Below, piece by piece: positions 51,247 to 61,952 of a stretch of DNA of 64,000 nt. The position numbers and the translations under genes are program-made. Source of the DNA: Scyliorhinus canicula (Eukaryota); NCBI RefSeq assembly GCF_902713615.1, contig NC_052152.1, forward strand, positions 41,453,810-41,517,809, in the 5' to 3' direction. The notes beneath the pieces were generated by a model. The model saw nothing but the letters and a program-made list of their open reading frames with translations, made no database searches and had not been told where the DNA came from. How positions within the stretch are numbered: the first letter of the stretch is position 1; each line of letters starts with the position of its first letter.

Positions 51247-52083
51247 CATATATTTCAAGCTGTGACACAAATGATTGATAGTTAATTCTGTAGTGGTCCA
51301 TTTTGGATCTAAAAGGGATACATCTAAATATCCCTTAAATGGTGAAAAGCTAGGTTGCTGGAGTTCCAAAGTGATTTAAGGTTCATGCACACCAATCACT
51401 AAAATGGCGTGGTCAGGTGCAAAGATTAATCAAAAAGGTGAATGGAGTTTTGGCGTAGAGAGTTGAATATAAAAGAGGAGGACGATTAGCCACAGCAATA
51501 CAAAATCCTGGTTGGAGCACCAGATGTGGAATACAGTTGAGATGGAGAGGATGAGAAGTCACTCATTGTATTTTTAACAGATAGGTTTGCAGACCACAAA
51601 GGTACAAACAAACACAAGCTTTATTGGAAAGGTGATTTCTCACAGGCTGTTTAGGTTAGACTGCCCACGCAAACAGCCGATTAAGTCATCAACATGTCAC
51701 GTGATCCAACTTTTTAAAAGAATGATATTTACTGAGGTTTTATATTTTAACAGACAACGCAACAAAACCACAGGAATGTACAGCACCCCAAGAAAAAGTA
51801 AAGTCTCAATATGCATGATTACAGAGGGAACCAGAACAGCAGTACAATCATTAGACGTAACTTTATACCTCTAAAAGCCCCAGCAGAGAAGAAGGAAGAG
51901 ACAGGAAAAAGCCATGAATACATAGTAAAATGGTGCATGCCTTCCCATGTGACGATTGCTCGCAATTACCACACGAGTGCACAATACATTTTTCACATCA
52001 TGTTCAGGAGCGCACTAAGACACATCTCTCGTGACTACAGCAGCACCAGAGACACCAATGACACACCGTCACCTCCTTCCCTT

Positions 52084-52436
52084 ATAGATTATCATAGAAT
52101 TTACAGTGCAGAAGGAGGCCATTCGGCCCATCGAGTCTGCACCGGCTCCTGGAAAGAGCACCCTACCCAAGGTAAACACCTCCACCCTATCCCCATAACC
52201 CAGTAACTCCACCCAACACTAAGGGCAATTTTGGACACTAAGGGCAATTTATCATAGCCAATCCACCTAACCTGCACATCTTTGGACTGTGGGAGGAAAC
52301 CGGAGCACCCAGAGGAAACCCACACACACACGGGGAGGATGCGCAGACTCCGCACAGACAGTGACCCAAGCCGGAATCGAACCTGGGACCCTGGAGCTGT
52401 GAAGCAATTGTGCTTCCACAATGCTACAGTGCTGCC
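52084..52436 (-). mobile_element. Full-length V-SINE
   Basis: Nearly identical to 17996-18342. Confidence 0.92.
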
Positions 52437-52849
52437 TCAGATACCAAACCCGTCAGAATCCCTGAGGATCCAATCCTGGATTCATTATACCCACTCCGTT
52501 CTAAAGGGATGTTACATATACACCACACAGTGCAACATAACCCCAGACTCAGGCCCAGTACAGATCCAACATTATTCCATACAATTATAGAGAGAGGACC
52601 AGAAGCTACGTACTCAGATTATGATCAGTGCCGTCAACACCTCCCAGCAAAAGGGATGGGGACAACTGGGAGTGGATCACAGGATAAGAAAGGGTCAGGA
52701 CCCTACTGTAGGTTTGATTTCCCCTGGAGCACACCTGCCATCATTGCTGAGAAAGAGAAAAAATAATGCTTAATCAAATAACAAGTGTCCCAACCACAAG
52801 GGGGCAACAGGATATCAACCAAAGTACAGTACCCAGCTCAACCCCAGGG

Positions 52850-53910
52850 CCCTGTGATTGGACTGAACACACACTGGGTGCCCGCTCTGCACAACGCCTT
52901 AGGTCTGTCTGCAAGCAGGACCCAGACCCTCCAGTCAGTGCCATTTCAACTCACCGCCTGCTCTCATGTCCACATGTCCGTCCTCGGCCTGCTGCAATGT
53001 TCCAGTGAAGCCCAGCGCCATCTGGAGGAACAGCACCTCATCTTCCAATTGGGAACGTTACAGCGATCCAGACTTAACATTGAGTTCAACAACTTCAGAC
53101 TGCGAACTCTCTCCTCCACTTTCACCCCATTTTCATTCCTATCAATTTACTTTCAATGCTTTAGAACATAGAACATAGAACAGTACAGCACAGAACAGGC
53201 CCTTCAGCCCTCGATGTTGTGCCGAGCAATGATCGCCCTACTCAAACCCACGTATCCACCCTATACCCGTAATCCAAACAACCCCCCCTTAACCTTATTT
53301 TTTTAGGACACTACGGGCAATTTAGCATGGCCAATCCACCTAACCCGCACATCTTTGGACTGTGGGAGGAAACCGGAGCACCCGGAGGAAACCCACGCAC
53401 ACACGGGGAGGACGTGCAGACTCCGCACAGACAGTGACCCAGCCGGGAACCGAACCTGGAACCCTGGAGCTGTGAAGCATTTATGCTAACCACCATGCTA
53501 CCGTGCTGCCCCTGCTACCGTGCTGCCCCATCGATCGTTTTTTTCCCCATGCCATTTCCCCTCCCCCCCAACCCACTTGGGCCATTTGTTCCTAGTTGCC
53601 CTTTGACACACTGCTCAACTTTGTTCTGCCGTTCACACATTCTAATCTCTTTGTGTGCCATTATCAGCACCCTTCTTAGCCTTCATCACTCTACTTACAT
53701 TCCTTTTGTCTTTCTGTCCACGACATCTTTGTCAAACTCCCCTGATCACTGGCCCCCCCATCCAGCCCCACCTCTCCACATTTCTGACCCTATTTCCATT
53801 TCTCTCCAGCTGTGACAAAGAGACATCCAGACTCGGAACATTAGCTCCCTTTTCTCTCCACAGATGCTGTCAGACCTGCTGTGATTGTCCAGTATTTTCT
53901 GTTTTTGTCT
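52850..53910 (+). mobile_element. Penelope-like element 3' part (GIY-YIG C-terminus and terminal repeat), split by a V-SINE
   Basis: HMSVLGLLQCSSEAQRHLEEQHLIFQLGTLQRSRLNIEFNNFR. Terminal motif CTCTCCACAGATGCTGTCAGACCTGCTG. Confidence 0.85.
53161..53529 (-). mobile_element. Full-length V-SINE with perfect 17-bp 5' duplication
   Basis: TGCTACCGTGCTGCCCC at 53496-53512 and 53513-53529. Confidence 0.92.
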
Positions 53911-54336
53911 CTGTGATCAGACTCTTAAAGTGACCTTGTTCCAACTTGGAATAAACGTGAATACACAATATTTTCCTCCCCCTTTACATTAGAGGTCCCT
54001 GCAATGAAGCACAATATAATATTAACAACCAAAATTTACAATATTAACAATTAATAACAGTCAAAAAGCTAGACGTTTCGGGGATGTTGATTCCTGTGTG
54101 GTTGTCGGCGAACCTCAGCCGTTTGCTTTTTCATGTTGACTTCAACCCCTGATGTTTTTGGTGTAGTTTGGATGTCGTCCGTAGTTGTCTTAAGTGGAGT
54201 CGACGTGGTGTTCGGAGGTTTACTCTGTGTTGAAGTGTCTTCCACAGTCATTTCTGGTATTGTTAGGTTCTCAGGAATGTCTACGTCTTCACTTGACACA
54301 GTTTGTAGCAGACATTTGGTTGACTCTGGCAAACTA

Positions 54337-54636
54337 TGATGTGGAGATGCCGTCGTTGGACTGGGGTGAGCACAGTAAGAAGTCTTACAACACCAGGTTA
54401 TAGTCCAACAGGTTTGTTTCAAACACGAGCTTTCGGAGCGCAGCTCATTCCTCAGGTGAATGGCGAGGTATGTTCCAGAAACATTTATATAGACAAAGTC
54501 AGAGATGCTGGACAATGCTTGGAATGCGAGCATTTGCAGGTAATCAAATCATTACAGATCCAGGGAGAGGGATAATCCCAGGTTAAAGAGGTGTGAATTG
54601 TCTCAAGCCAGAACAGTTGGTAGGATTTTGCAAGTC
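54337..54636 (-). mobile_element. Penelope terminal repeat (pLTR) fragment
   Basis: Contains the same TGTGGAGATGCCG..GTAAGAAGTCTTACAACACCAGGTT..GTCCAACAGG segment as the 22631 hairpin. Confidence 0.75.
54424..54460 (-). ncRNA. Minimal type I hammerhead ribozyme-like motif (Penelope-associated)
   Basis: Reverse complement reads UUCAC-CUGAGGA-AU-GAGC-UGC-GCUC-C-GAAA-GC-UC-GUG. This gives the core boxes, helix II, a palindromic AGCU in place of helix III, and a CAC/GUG helix I. Confidence 0.55.
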
Positions 54637-55030
54637 CTGGGGGGGGGGGCGCTGGGCGATTGGACCCCGGGGAGTGCCCCCATGGTGGCCTGGCCCGCGA
54701 TCAGGGCCCTCCAATCGGCAGGCGGGCCAGTGCTGTGGGGGCACACTTTTTCTTCTGCCGCCGCCACAGCCTCCACCATGGCAGAGGCGGAAGGGACTCC
54801 CCCTACCGCGCAAGCGCCGGTGGTGACATCAGCGGCCGCTGACGCACCGGCGCATGCGCGGACTGGCGAAGGCCTTTCGGCCAGCCCTGACGCTGGGCGG
54901 CGTAGCGCCAAAGGCCGTTGGCGCTGGTTTTGGCACCATCGGCGTAGTGGAAACCACTCCGGGGCGGGCTTGGCGCCACTCCGCTATGCCGGGACCCCCC
55001 GCCCCGCTGGGTAGGGGAGAATCCAGGCCT
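54637..55030. mobile_element. GC-rich MITE, partial
   Basis: Right TIR GGAGAATCCAGGCC. Internal sequence matches the 43647/50605 family in reverse orientation. Confidence 0.75.
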
Positions 55031-55639
55031 CTATGTGTGACTGACATTTTACTATGAGTAGTGCCGGAGAAGTTTAGGTTGTCAAATGTGTTGTATTCTT
55101 GTATGTCATTAGGAATCGGCTTAGTTGTTTAGACAATGATCGTTGCTCATGAATTACCTTCAATGAATGCTTCATAATCAGAACAAAACTTCCAACCACC
55201 CCATTTGTGGCAGGATGATAGGAGCGGATTGAATGTGTTGGATTCCATTCTCCTTTAGATAATTTGTGATTTGTTAATTCTTGCAAAATGAGCTGTGACC
55301 CATTGTTGCTAACAAATTGATCACGGTAACAAAAATTAGCAAAAATCCTACCCAGTCTTCCTATTGTTCTCTCCAAGGACACAGTCTTCAGAACGGCGAC
55401 TTCAGACCATTTCAAGAGCACATCTACCACAATGAAAGACATTGGTCCTTCAAATGGTCCGGCATAATCTCCATGAACTCTTTGCCATGGCCCTTGTGGC
55501 CATTCCCTTGGGTGTAATGCCACTAGTGGCAGAAGATTTCAAATCTTTGCACAAGCAAAACATATGCCCACCTTCTTCTTGATATTGTAATCGAGCTCTG
55601 GCCATCAAAAATAACTCCTGCTATCTCCTTCATCCTTAC

Positions 55640-56394
55640 ATAAGAACATAAGAACTAGGAGCAGGAGTAGGCCATCTGGCCCCTTGAGCCTGCTCCGCCA
55701 TTCAATGAGATCATGGTTGATCTTTTATGGACTCAGCTCCACTTTCCGGCCCGAACAACATAACCCTTAATCCCTTTATTCTTCAAAAAACGATCTATCT
55801 TTACCTTAAAAACATTTAATGAAGGAGCCTCAACTGCTTCACTGGGCAAGGAATTCCATAGATTCACAACCCTTTGGGTGAAGAAGTTCCTCCTAAACTC
55901 AGTCCTAAATCTACTTCCCCTTATTTTGAGGCTATGTCCCCTAGTTCTGCTTTCACCCGCCAGTGGAAACAACCTGCCCGCATCTATCCTATCTATTCCC
56001 TTCATAATTTTAAATGTTTTTATAAGATCCCCCCTCATCCTTCTAAATTCCAATGAGTACAGTCCCAGTCTACTCAACCTCTCCTCGTAATCCAACCCCT
56101 TCAGCTCTGGGATTAACCTAGTGAATCTCCTCTGCACACCCTCCAGTGCCAGTATGTCCTTTCTCAAGTAAGGAGACCAAAACTGAACACAATACGCCAG
56201 GTGTGGCCTCACTAACACCTTATACAATTGCAAAATAATCTCCCTAGTCTTAAACTCCATCCCTCTAGCAATGAAGGACAAAATTCCATTTGCCTTCTTA
56301 ATCACCTTTTGCACCTGTAAACCAACTTTCTGTGACTCATGCACTAGCACACCCAGGTCTCTCTGCACAGCGGCATGCTTTAATATTTTATCAT
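55640..56394 (-). mobile_element. Young 5'-truncated CR1 LINE with 4-bp TSD
   Basis: Uninterrupted ORF2 C-terminus (QRDLGVLVH...RPHLAYCVQFWSP...WNSLP). (TAAGAACA)n tail. TTAC on both sides. Confidence 0.92.
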
Positions 56395-57061
56395 TTACTA
56401 TCCCACAATGACCTTCAAGAAGTTGGTTGACGACACATTTCCTTAACAATGGCAGAATGATGACCCTCATTCCCCAGAGGAGAATACCAGCCAGTACGGA
56501 TAGTTCAAGTCTTTGGTAAACACATGGCTTCAACTCCAGGTTTTCTCCCGCGGTCTTGCCATGAAGTACTACATCCATAATTTCCGACAGTAGTGGATTA
56601 TTTCTGATATACTTCTTAATTTGTCCTACGGTTATAGAAGGGTTATCGACCTCTTCAAAATAGAAAATATTACCAGGCTATTATTATTTTTTTTAAACCC
56701 TTTGGTTTATACCCACTCAAAGTGCTCATTTAGTTCCTCAACCCTGCCTTCTGACTTCACCAATATATTTTAATGATAGTTCCTAATCGGCCCAGCAATG
56801 ACAACCCTTTACTGGTAAAATGCCATAGGAACCGTTTGGACCTCTTTGCTAGTGACCAACCTATTTGCATCCATCTTTTTGCGCCTCTTATTTCCTTTTC
56901 ACTTCTCTGTTTAGTTTATCACATTCAGCCTGATTCTCCCTTGTATTATCATGCTGAAATCTATCATACGCTCACCTTTTCTGCTTTATCCGACTCTCCA
57001 ACGCCTTTGTCATCCAGGGAGCAATGGCTTTGTTTGCCCTCCCTTCCTCCATTGGGGGAAA

Positions 57062-57808
57062 CAATTTGATTTATTATTGTCACATGTATTGGTATACAGC
57101 GAAAAGTATTGTTTCTTGCATGCTGTACAAACAATGCATACCGTACATAGGGAAGGAAGGAGAGACTGCAGAATATAATACTACAGTTATAGCGGGGTGT
57201 AGAGAAAAGATCAACTTAATACGAGGTAGGTCCATTCAAAAGTCTGACGGTGGTAGGGAAGAAGCTGTTCTTGAGTCGGTTGGTACGTGACCTCAAACTT
57301 TGGTATCTTTTTCCTGACTGAAGAAGGTGGAAAAGAGTATGCTCGGAGTGCGTGAGTTCCTTAATTATGCTGGCTGCCTTTCTGAGGCAGCGGGAATTAT
57401 AGATAGAGTCAATGGATTGGAGGCTGGTTTGCGTGATGGACTGGGCTACATTCACAACCTTTTGTAGTTTCCTGCGGTCTTGGGCAGAGCAGGCTCCTTA
57501 CCAAGCTGTGATACTACCAGAAAGAATGCTTTCTATGATGCATCTGTAGAAGTTGGTGACATGCCAAATTTCCTTAGTCTTCTGAGAAAGTAGAGTTGTT
57601 GGTGGGCTTTCTTAACTATAGTGTCGGCATGGGTGGTACCAGGACAGGTTGTTGGTGATCTGTACACCTAAAACCTTGAGGCTCTCGACCCTTTCTACTT
57701 CGTTCCTATTGATGTAGACAGGGGCATGTTCTCCACCTTGTTTCCTGAAGTCGATGACAATCTCCTTTGTTTTGTTGACATTGAGGGAGAGATTATTGTC
57801 GTCGCACC
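57062..57808 (-). mobile_element. Rex1/Babar LINE 3' part
   Basis: WCDDNNLSLNVNKTKEIVIDFRK, and SGKRYQSLRSRTNRLKNSFFP. GTGACAATAA tail. Confidence 0.88.
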
Positions 57809-57817
57809 AGGCAGCAT

Positions 57818-58105
57818 GCAAGCATTATACTCCCTGCTCCCTTCCATCACTATGGCATTCAGACCAGCTGAGTGGCTGAGAATGTGCCAAGAATGTACTC
57901 AAACCACCTCCTCTTGAAACGCTGCCCAAGTGTTGCTGCAGCCAGAATTCACCTCCTCTTTCAGAGGTGCACACTGCATTTAAGTAGTGCAGGTTAAATA
58001 AGTGGTGCTAGCCTTATGCAAACTTGGGTTCCTGCTGTGGTGTACAGCCACTCAACTGGTCTGAATGCCATAGTCATGGAAGGGAGTAGGGAGCATAATG
58101 CTTGC
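57818..58105. repeat. Foldback element with 61-bp inverted arms
   Basis: 57818-57878 vs 58045-58105: 57/61 complementary. Confidence 0.85.
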
Positions 58106-58337
58106 GTTCTGCATGCATCTGCTTGAACTGACAGGACAAACGCATAAAACAATCCCAGGCCCTAATTTAGGCATATATTTAATTTGGCCCTCTGATTCAT
58201 TCATTAGGCTGATAAGTAGGCACGAAACAAAAAAAATTCGAATACAATTATAAGTTCATGGAAAGTGAATAAAAGAAAAGAATTAACATCCCCACGTCCA
58301 ATTATTCTGAAATAAAGACATTGAAATAAAGACATTT

Positions 58338-58694
58338 GGGGCAGCACGGTAGCATAGTGGTTAGCATCAATGCTTCACAGCTCCAGGGTCCCAGGTTCGG
58401 TTCCCGGCTGGGTCACTGTCTGTGCGGAGTCTGCACGTCCTCCCCGTGTGTGCGTGGGTTTCCTCCAGGTGCTCCGGTTTCCTCCCACAGTCCAAAGATG
58501 TGCGGGTTAGGTGGATTGGCCATGCTAAATTGCCCGTAGTGTCCAAAAAAAAAAAAAAGTAAGGTTAAGGGGGAGTTGTTGGGTTACGGGTATAGGGTGG
58601 ATACGTGAGTTTGAGTGGGGTGATCATTGCTCGGCACAACATCAAGGGCCGAAGGGCCTGTTCTGTGCTGTACTGTTCTAAATCTAAATCTAAA
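58338..58694 (+). mobile_element. Full-length V-SINE
   Basis: Head, V-core and (TCTAAA)n tail. Confidence 0.92.
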
Positions 58695-58852
58695 TGTTTT
58701 TGTTGTACAAATGATGTGCCAGAAAGGCTAATGAAAGACACACAAGGTGTGCTAGGCCGTGGCAATGAATTGTCACGCACAGGCATACTTTAAACTAATT
58801 ATTTTTGCTAAATTATTTCATTGTTGGCTATGTCTATAATGAAAATCTAAGC

Positions 58853-59155
58853 ATCTTTATTATTGTCACAAGTAGGCTTACATTAACAATGCAATGAAGT
58901 TACTGTGAAAATCCCCTAGTCGCCACACTCCGGCGCCTGTTTGGGTACACTGAGGGAGAATTCAGAATGTCCAATTCACCTAACAAACACGTCTTTCGGG
59001 ACTTGTGGGAGGAAACCGGAGCACCCGGAGGAAACCCACGCAGACACGGGGAGAATTTACAGACTCTGCACAGACAGTGATCCAAGCTGGGAATCAAACC
59101 TGGGACCCTAGCGCTGTGAAGCAACAACGCTAACCACTGTGGTACCGTGCCACCC
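58853..59155 (-). mobile_element. Hybrid V-SINE (V head/core with a GTGACAATAA-type tail)
   Basis: Head and core match the V-SINEs; 3' half matches the short-SINE body and tail. Confidence 0.85.
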
Positions 59156-59169
59156 GGCATCTTTATTTT

Positions 59170-59230
59170 AAGCACCACAAGTTCCTTTCAGACAGGAAGG
59201 CTGATGTCAAAGGAACCCACAGCACTCCGC
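59170..59230 (+). promoter_or_regulatory. Candidate proximal promoter motifs (RUNX ACCACA, ETS CAGGAAG)
   Basis: ACCACA at 59174-59179 and CAGGAAG at 59193-59199, about 150-170 bp upstream of the leader ATG. Short motifs only. Confidence 0.3.
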
Positions 59231-59345
59231 TTTACCTTTTTAAGATAACACAATTGCACGCCCTCCCCACCTACAACATCAGAGGTGTTGTATCCCTGTT
59301 CCAGAACTGAACTTGAATTTGGCAATTCAACTGATGCTGGGAAAA

Positions 59346-59400
59346 ATGTCTTCATTCATTCATTGTTTTACCAAGTGGATTCTCCTCATGGTTGCTCTAG
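59346..59400 (+). CDS. Exon 1 (signal peptide) of a V-C1-TM Ig-superfamily receptor
   Basis: ATG...MSSFIHCFTKWILLMVAL, then G|GTAAGG donor (phase 1). In-frame upstream ATG at 59334. Splices in frame to 60441. Confidence 0.75.
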
Positions 59401-60440
59401 GTAAGGATACGTTTTAGTGATAATGTTAGTGAAGTTGAGAGATGAGTCTTTGTAATATTGTTTGAAGTTCCTGCTGCATACTGATTGTTATCTTGTCATC
59501 ACTGAAGCTGCTAACTTGCAAGGTTTAGCTTTTGGTCAAGGACTCGGATAGCTTGAATATCGTATTCTTTTCATAGTTATCCAAATTGTTTGAAAAGTAA
59601 TTCTATCAATTTCACTTCCAACTATCTATGGTGTTTTCCCTGTCATTTTAACGAAAAGTCGATTAAAATTCAAAAAAATTTTATTTTAAACCCTGCCACT
59701 CTGTGGTATTGTGAACGTATCCTCAAAGTTAGCAAGGCAGTAAGTGCTTTTGATGCGGGTACTTCCATCCCTTTACGTGCATTTAAACTCTTCTGCGCAA
59801 CAATGCATCATTACAATTTTATTGTATTGGTGAGTAGGCTGTCGAGGACACTTAGAGACATATGCTGACCAATAGACGCATTGATATGAGTATTCGAGCA
59901 GGACCATGAAGGCATTTTGTACTGGTCGATGTTGGAATGTGAGAAATATCCTCATCTGTTGTTTTGCTGACAATGATCTCAATGGTGCACTCTCAAACTA
60001 TCTGATTTAATTGGAAAAACACGAAACTGTCATTGAATCAGACACGGATATTAGAAACCTCTTGTGACAAAGCATATTGATATTAAAAAGCTCTTGGTCT
60101 TTCAAGCAGATATTTTGAACCGCTCCCTGCAATTAACTTGTGTTATTAAAGTAAACAACGACATGTTTTTCCATGACAGACTTTTAATTGCACCGCTGAC
60201 CGGGGTTTCATACCACGATTGCATTCTTCCCTAGAATCAAATCTTGACTAAAAGCGAAAGAAAAGTGAAGACAACTTATGCTGATCTTCAGAATCCATGT
60301 CACGCCTTGTCCATTAAGGACTACCATTTCAATCTTAATTTTAAAGCCCTGGCTTTGAATAAATAAGCAGATTCACAGAGAGATGTTCAAAAGGTTTTTA
60401 ACTACCAATGCTAATTTATTTTGATTTTTCATGGGAACAG

Positions 60441-60812
60441 TTTTGACACATAGTGAAGACGAAGTTTTCCAAACTCCGGCTGTTCTCCGAGCATTCAAGG
60501 GAGAAAGCGCCACCTTCACTTCTCCCTACTGGTCCCATCACTCTCAGGTAGAATCGATGTTTGTGTCCTGGTGGCGAGATATGCGGAAAGAGCCTGTGTG
60601 TGGATTACATTATATGAACAAAACGTTTACACCAAGACCTGGGTGTGATGGCCGAATGACTGTTACTTTGCAGCTCAATTCTGTGGTTACTAACTTTACC
60701 ATTCAAGATCTCCAGCTGAACGACACAGATCATTATTACTATATCATTCAATTTTCTGTGCCACCACCGACCAAAAGCATACATGGAAACAAAACAAGCC
60801 TCATTGTAGAAG
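60441..60812 (+). CDS. Exon 2: VJ-type Ig V-set domain (CD28/NKp30/TMIGD2-like) lacking the canonical Cys pair
   Basis: Acceptor GGAACAG|TT, donor GAAG|GTATGA. Reads VLTHSEDEVFQTPAVLRAFKGESATFTSPY...VSWWRD...GRMTV...FTIQDLQLNDTDHYYYIIQFSVPPPTKSIHGNKTSLIVE. Confidence 0.92.
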
Positions 60813-61042
60813 GTATGATTTAATATCTTAAATATGCCTATAAAAATACAATAAATCAATATGCTGTTGCGTTGATCACGTAAATCTGTTGGATTTCACC
60901 TGGTCACAGATGTCTTTGTAAAGAAATTTCTTGAGGTTATTATCCACTTCAAAACCAACATCTACGTCTGTGTGTTACACAATCAACGTGGAGCATTAAG
61001 TTGGGAGAACAACATCACTATATGCACAATGTTTTTCTTTTT

Positions 61043-61271
61043 CTTTTTTTAATATAAATTTAGTGTACCCAATTAATTTTTTCCAATTAAGGGGCAATTT
61101 AGCGTGGCCAGTCCACCTATCCTGCACATCTTTGGGTTGTGGGGACAAAACCCACGCAAACACGGGGAGAGTGTGCAAACTCCACACGGATAGTGACCCA
61201 GAGTCGGGATCGAATCTGGGGTCTCAGCGCCGTGAGGCAGCAGTGCTAAACACTGCACCACCGTGCTGCCC
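61043..61271 (-). mobile_element. Short V-SINE variant in intron 2
   Basis: Reverse complement of the 11217 family. Confidence 0.88.
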
Positions 61272-61350
61272 TACGTTTTTATTTTTCAATGGAAAATTGT
61301 TTTATTTTTAAATCAAAATTTATAAAACTCGTCACATTTTGTTCCCCAAG

Positions 61351-61659
61351 CTCCTCCAGAAGTGGATGTTGAATTTCTTGCCTGGCCTGAAAATGGGTGC
61401 TGTATACAACTGGTCTGCAGAGCTGTGAACTTCTACCCTGCCAACGTCCAACTGAGGTGGAATAAGGAAGGAAAAGAAGGCTCAGTGTGGATTCAGTCCG
61501 CTATTACTATTACCTCAAACAACAGCAATCTCAGTACATGTTATGTTAATCTCTCTCAATGGGAGAACGGGGATGTATATGCATGTCATGTGAATCACTC
61601 GACGTTGCAAACCCCTCTCGTGAGGAATCTCACAATAGCATTTGATGAACCACATGAAG
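61351..61659 (+). CDS. Exon 3: Ig C1-set domain
   Basis: Acceptor TTCCCCAAG|CT, donor GAAG|GTATTT. C1 signatures LVCRAVNFYPANVQLRW and YACHVNHSTLQTPL. Confidence 0.93.
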
Positions 61660-61952
61660 GTATTTCAAATTCACAGCTTTCTTCCCCTACTTAACTTTTA
61701 AACCGTTCACCGTTTCCTTAACCAGAAAATGAAGGAGCCTCGGTACTTTTAGGTTTCATTCTGTATTCCCACTCTTTATCTGTATTTAGAAAAAAATTGC
61801 AGCTTCGATAAGTAGACCTGATAGCTCTTGAATTCAAAATTACTGTTTTAGTGGCCATACACATGGAAAGCACAGAATTAGCAGAAGTCCTTTTTAACAA
61901 CCTGCCCAGCATGAACTCATATTGCTTCTGATTGCCCTGGCTAAGATTACAA

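Larger units (their letters stand above)
54062..56580 (-). mobile_element. Gypsy integrase-region relic interrupted by CR1, a MITE and a Penelope repeat
   Basis: ELSVLAGILLWGMRVI...EGHCGIV|RMKEIARSYF, and LHPREWPQGPWQRVHGDYAGPF...YHPATNG. C-terminal tail ending ..RNQHP(KRLAF*) at ~54062-54335. Confidence 0.85.

Noticed and set aside
54069-54335. Mucin-like S/T/P-rich minus-strand ORF as a possible receptor stalk exon
   Set aside because: It is on the opposite strand to the receptor, colinear with the Gypsy integrase relic, and ends like a Gypsy pol tail (RNQHP..KRLAF* after a frameshift).
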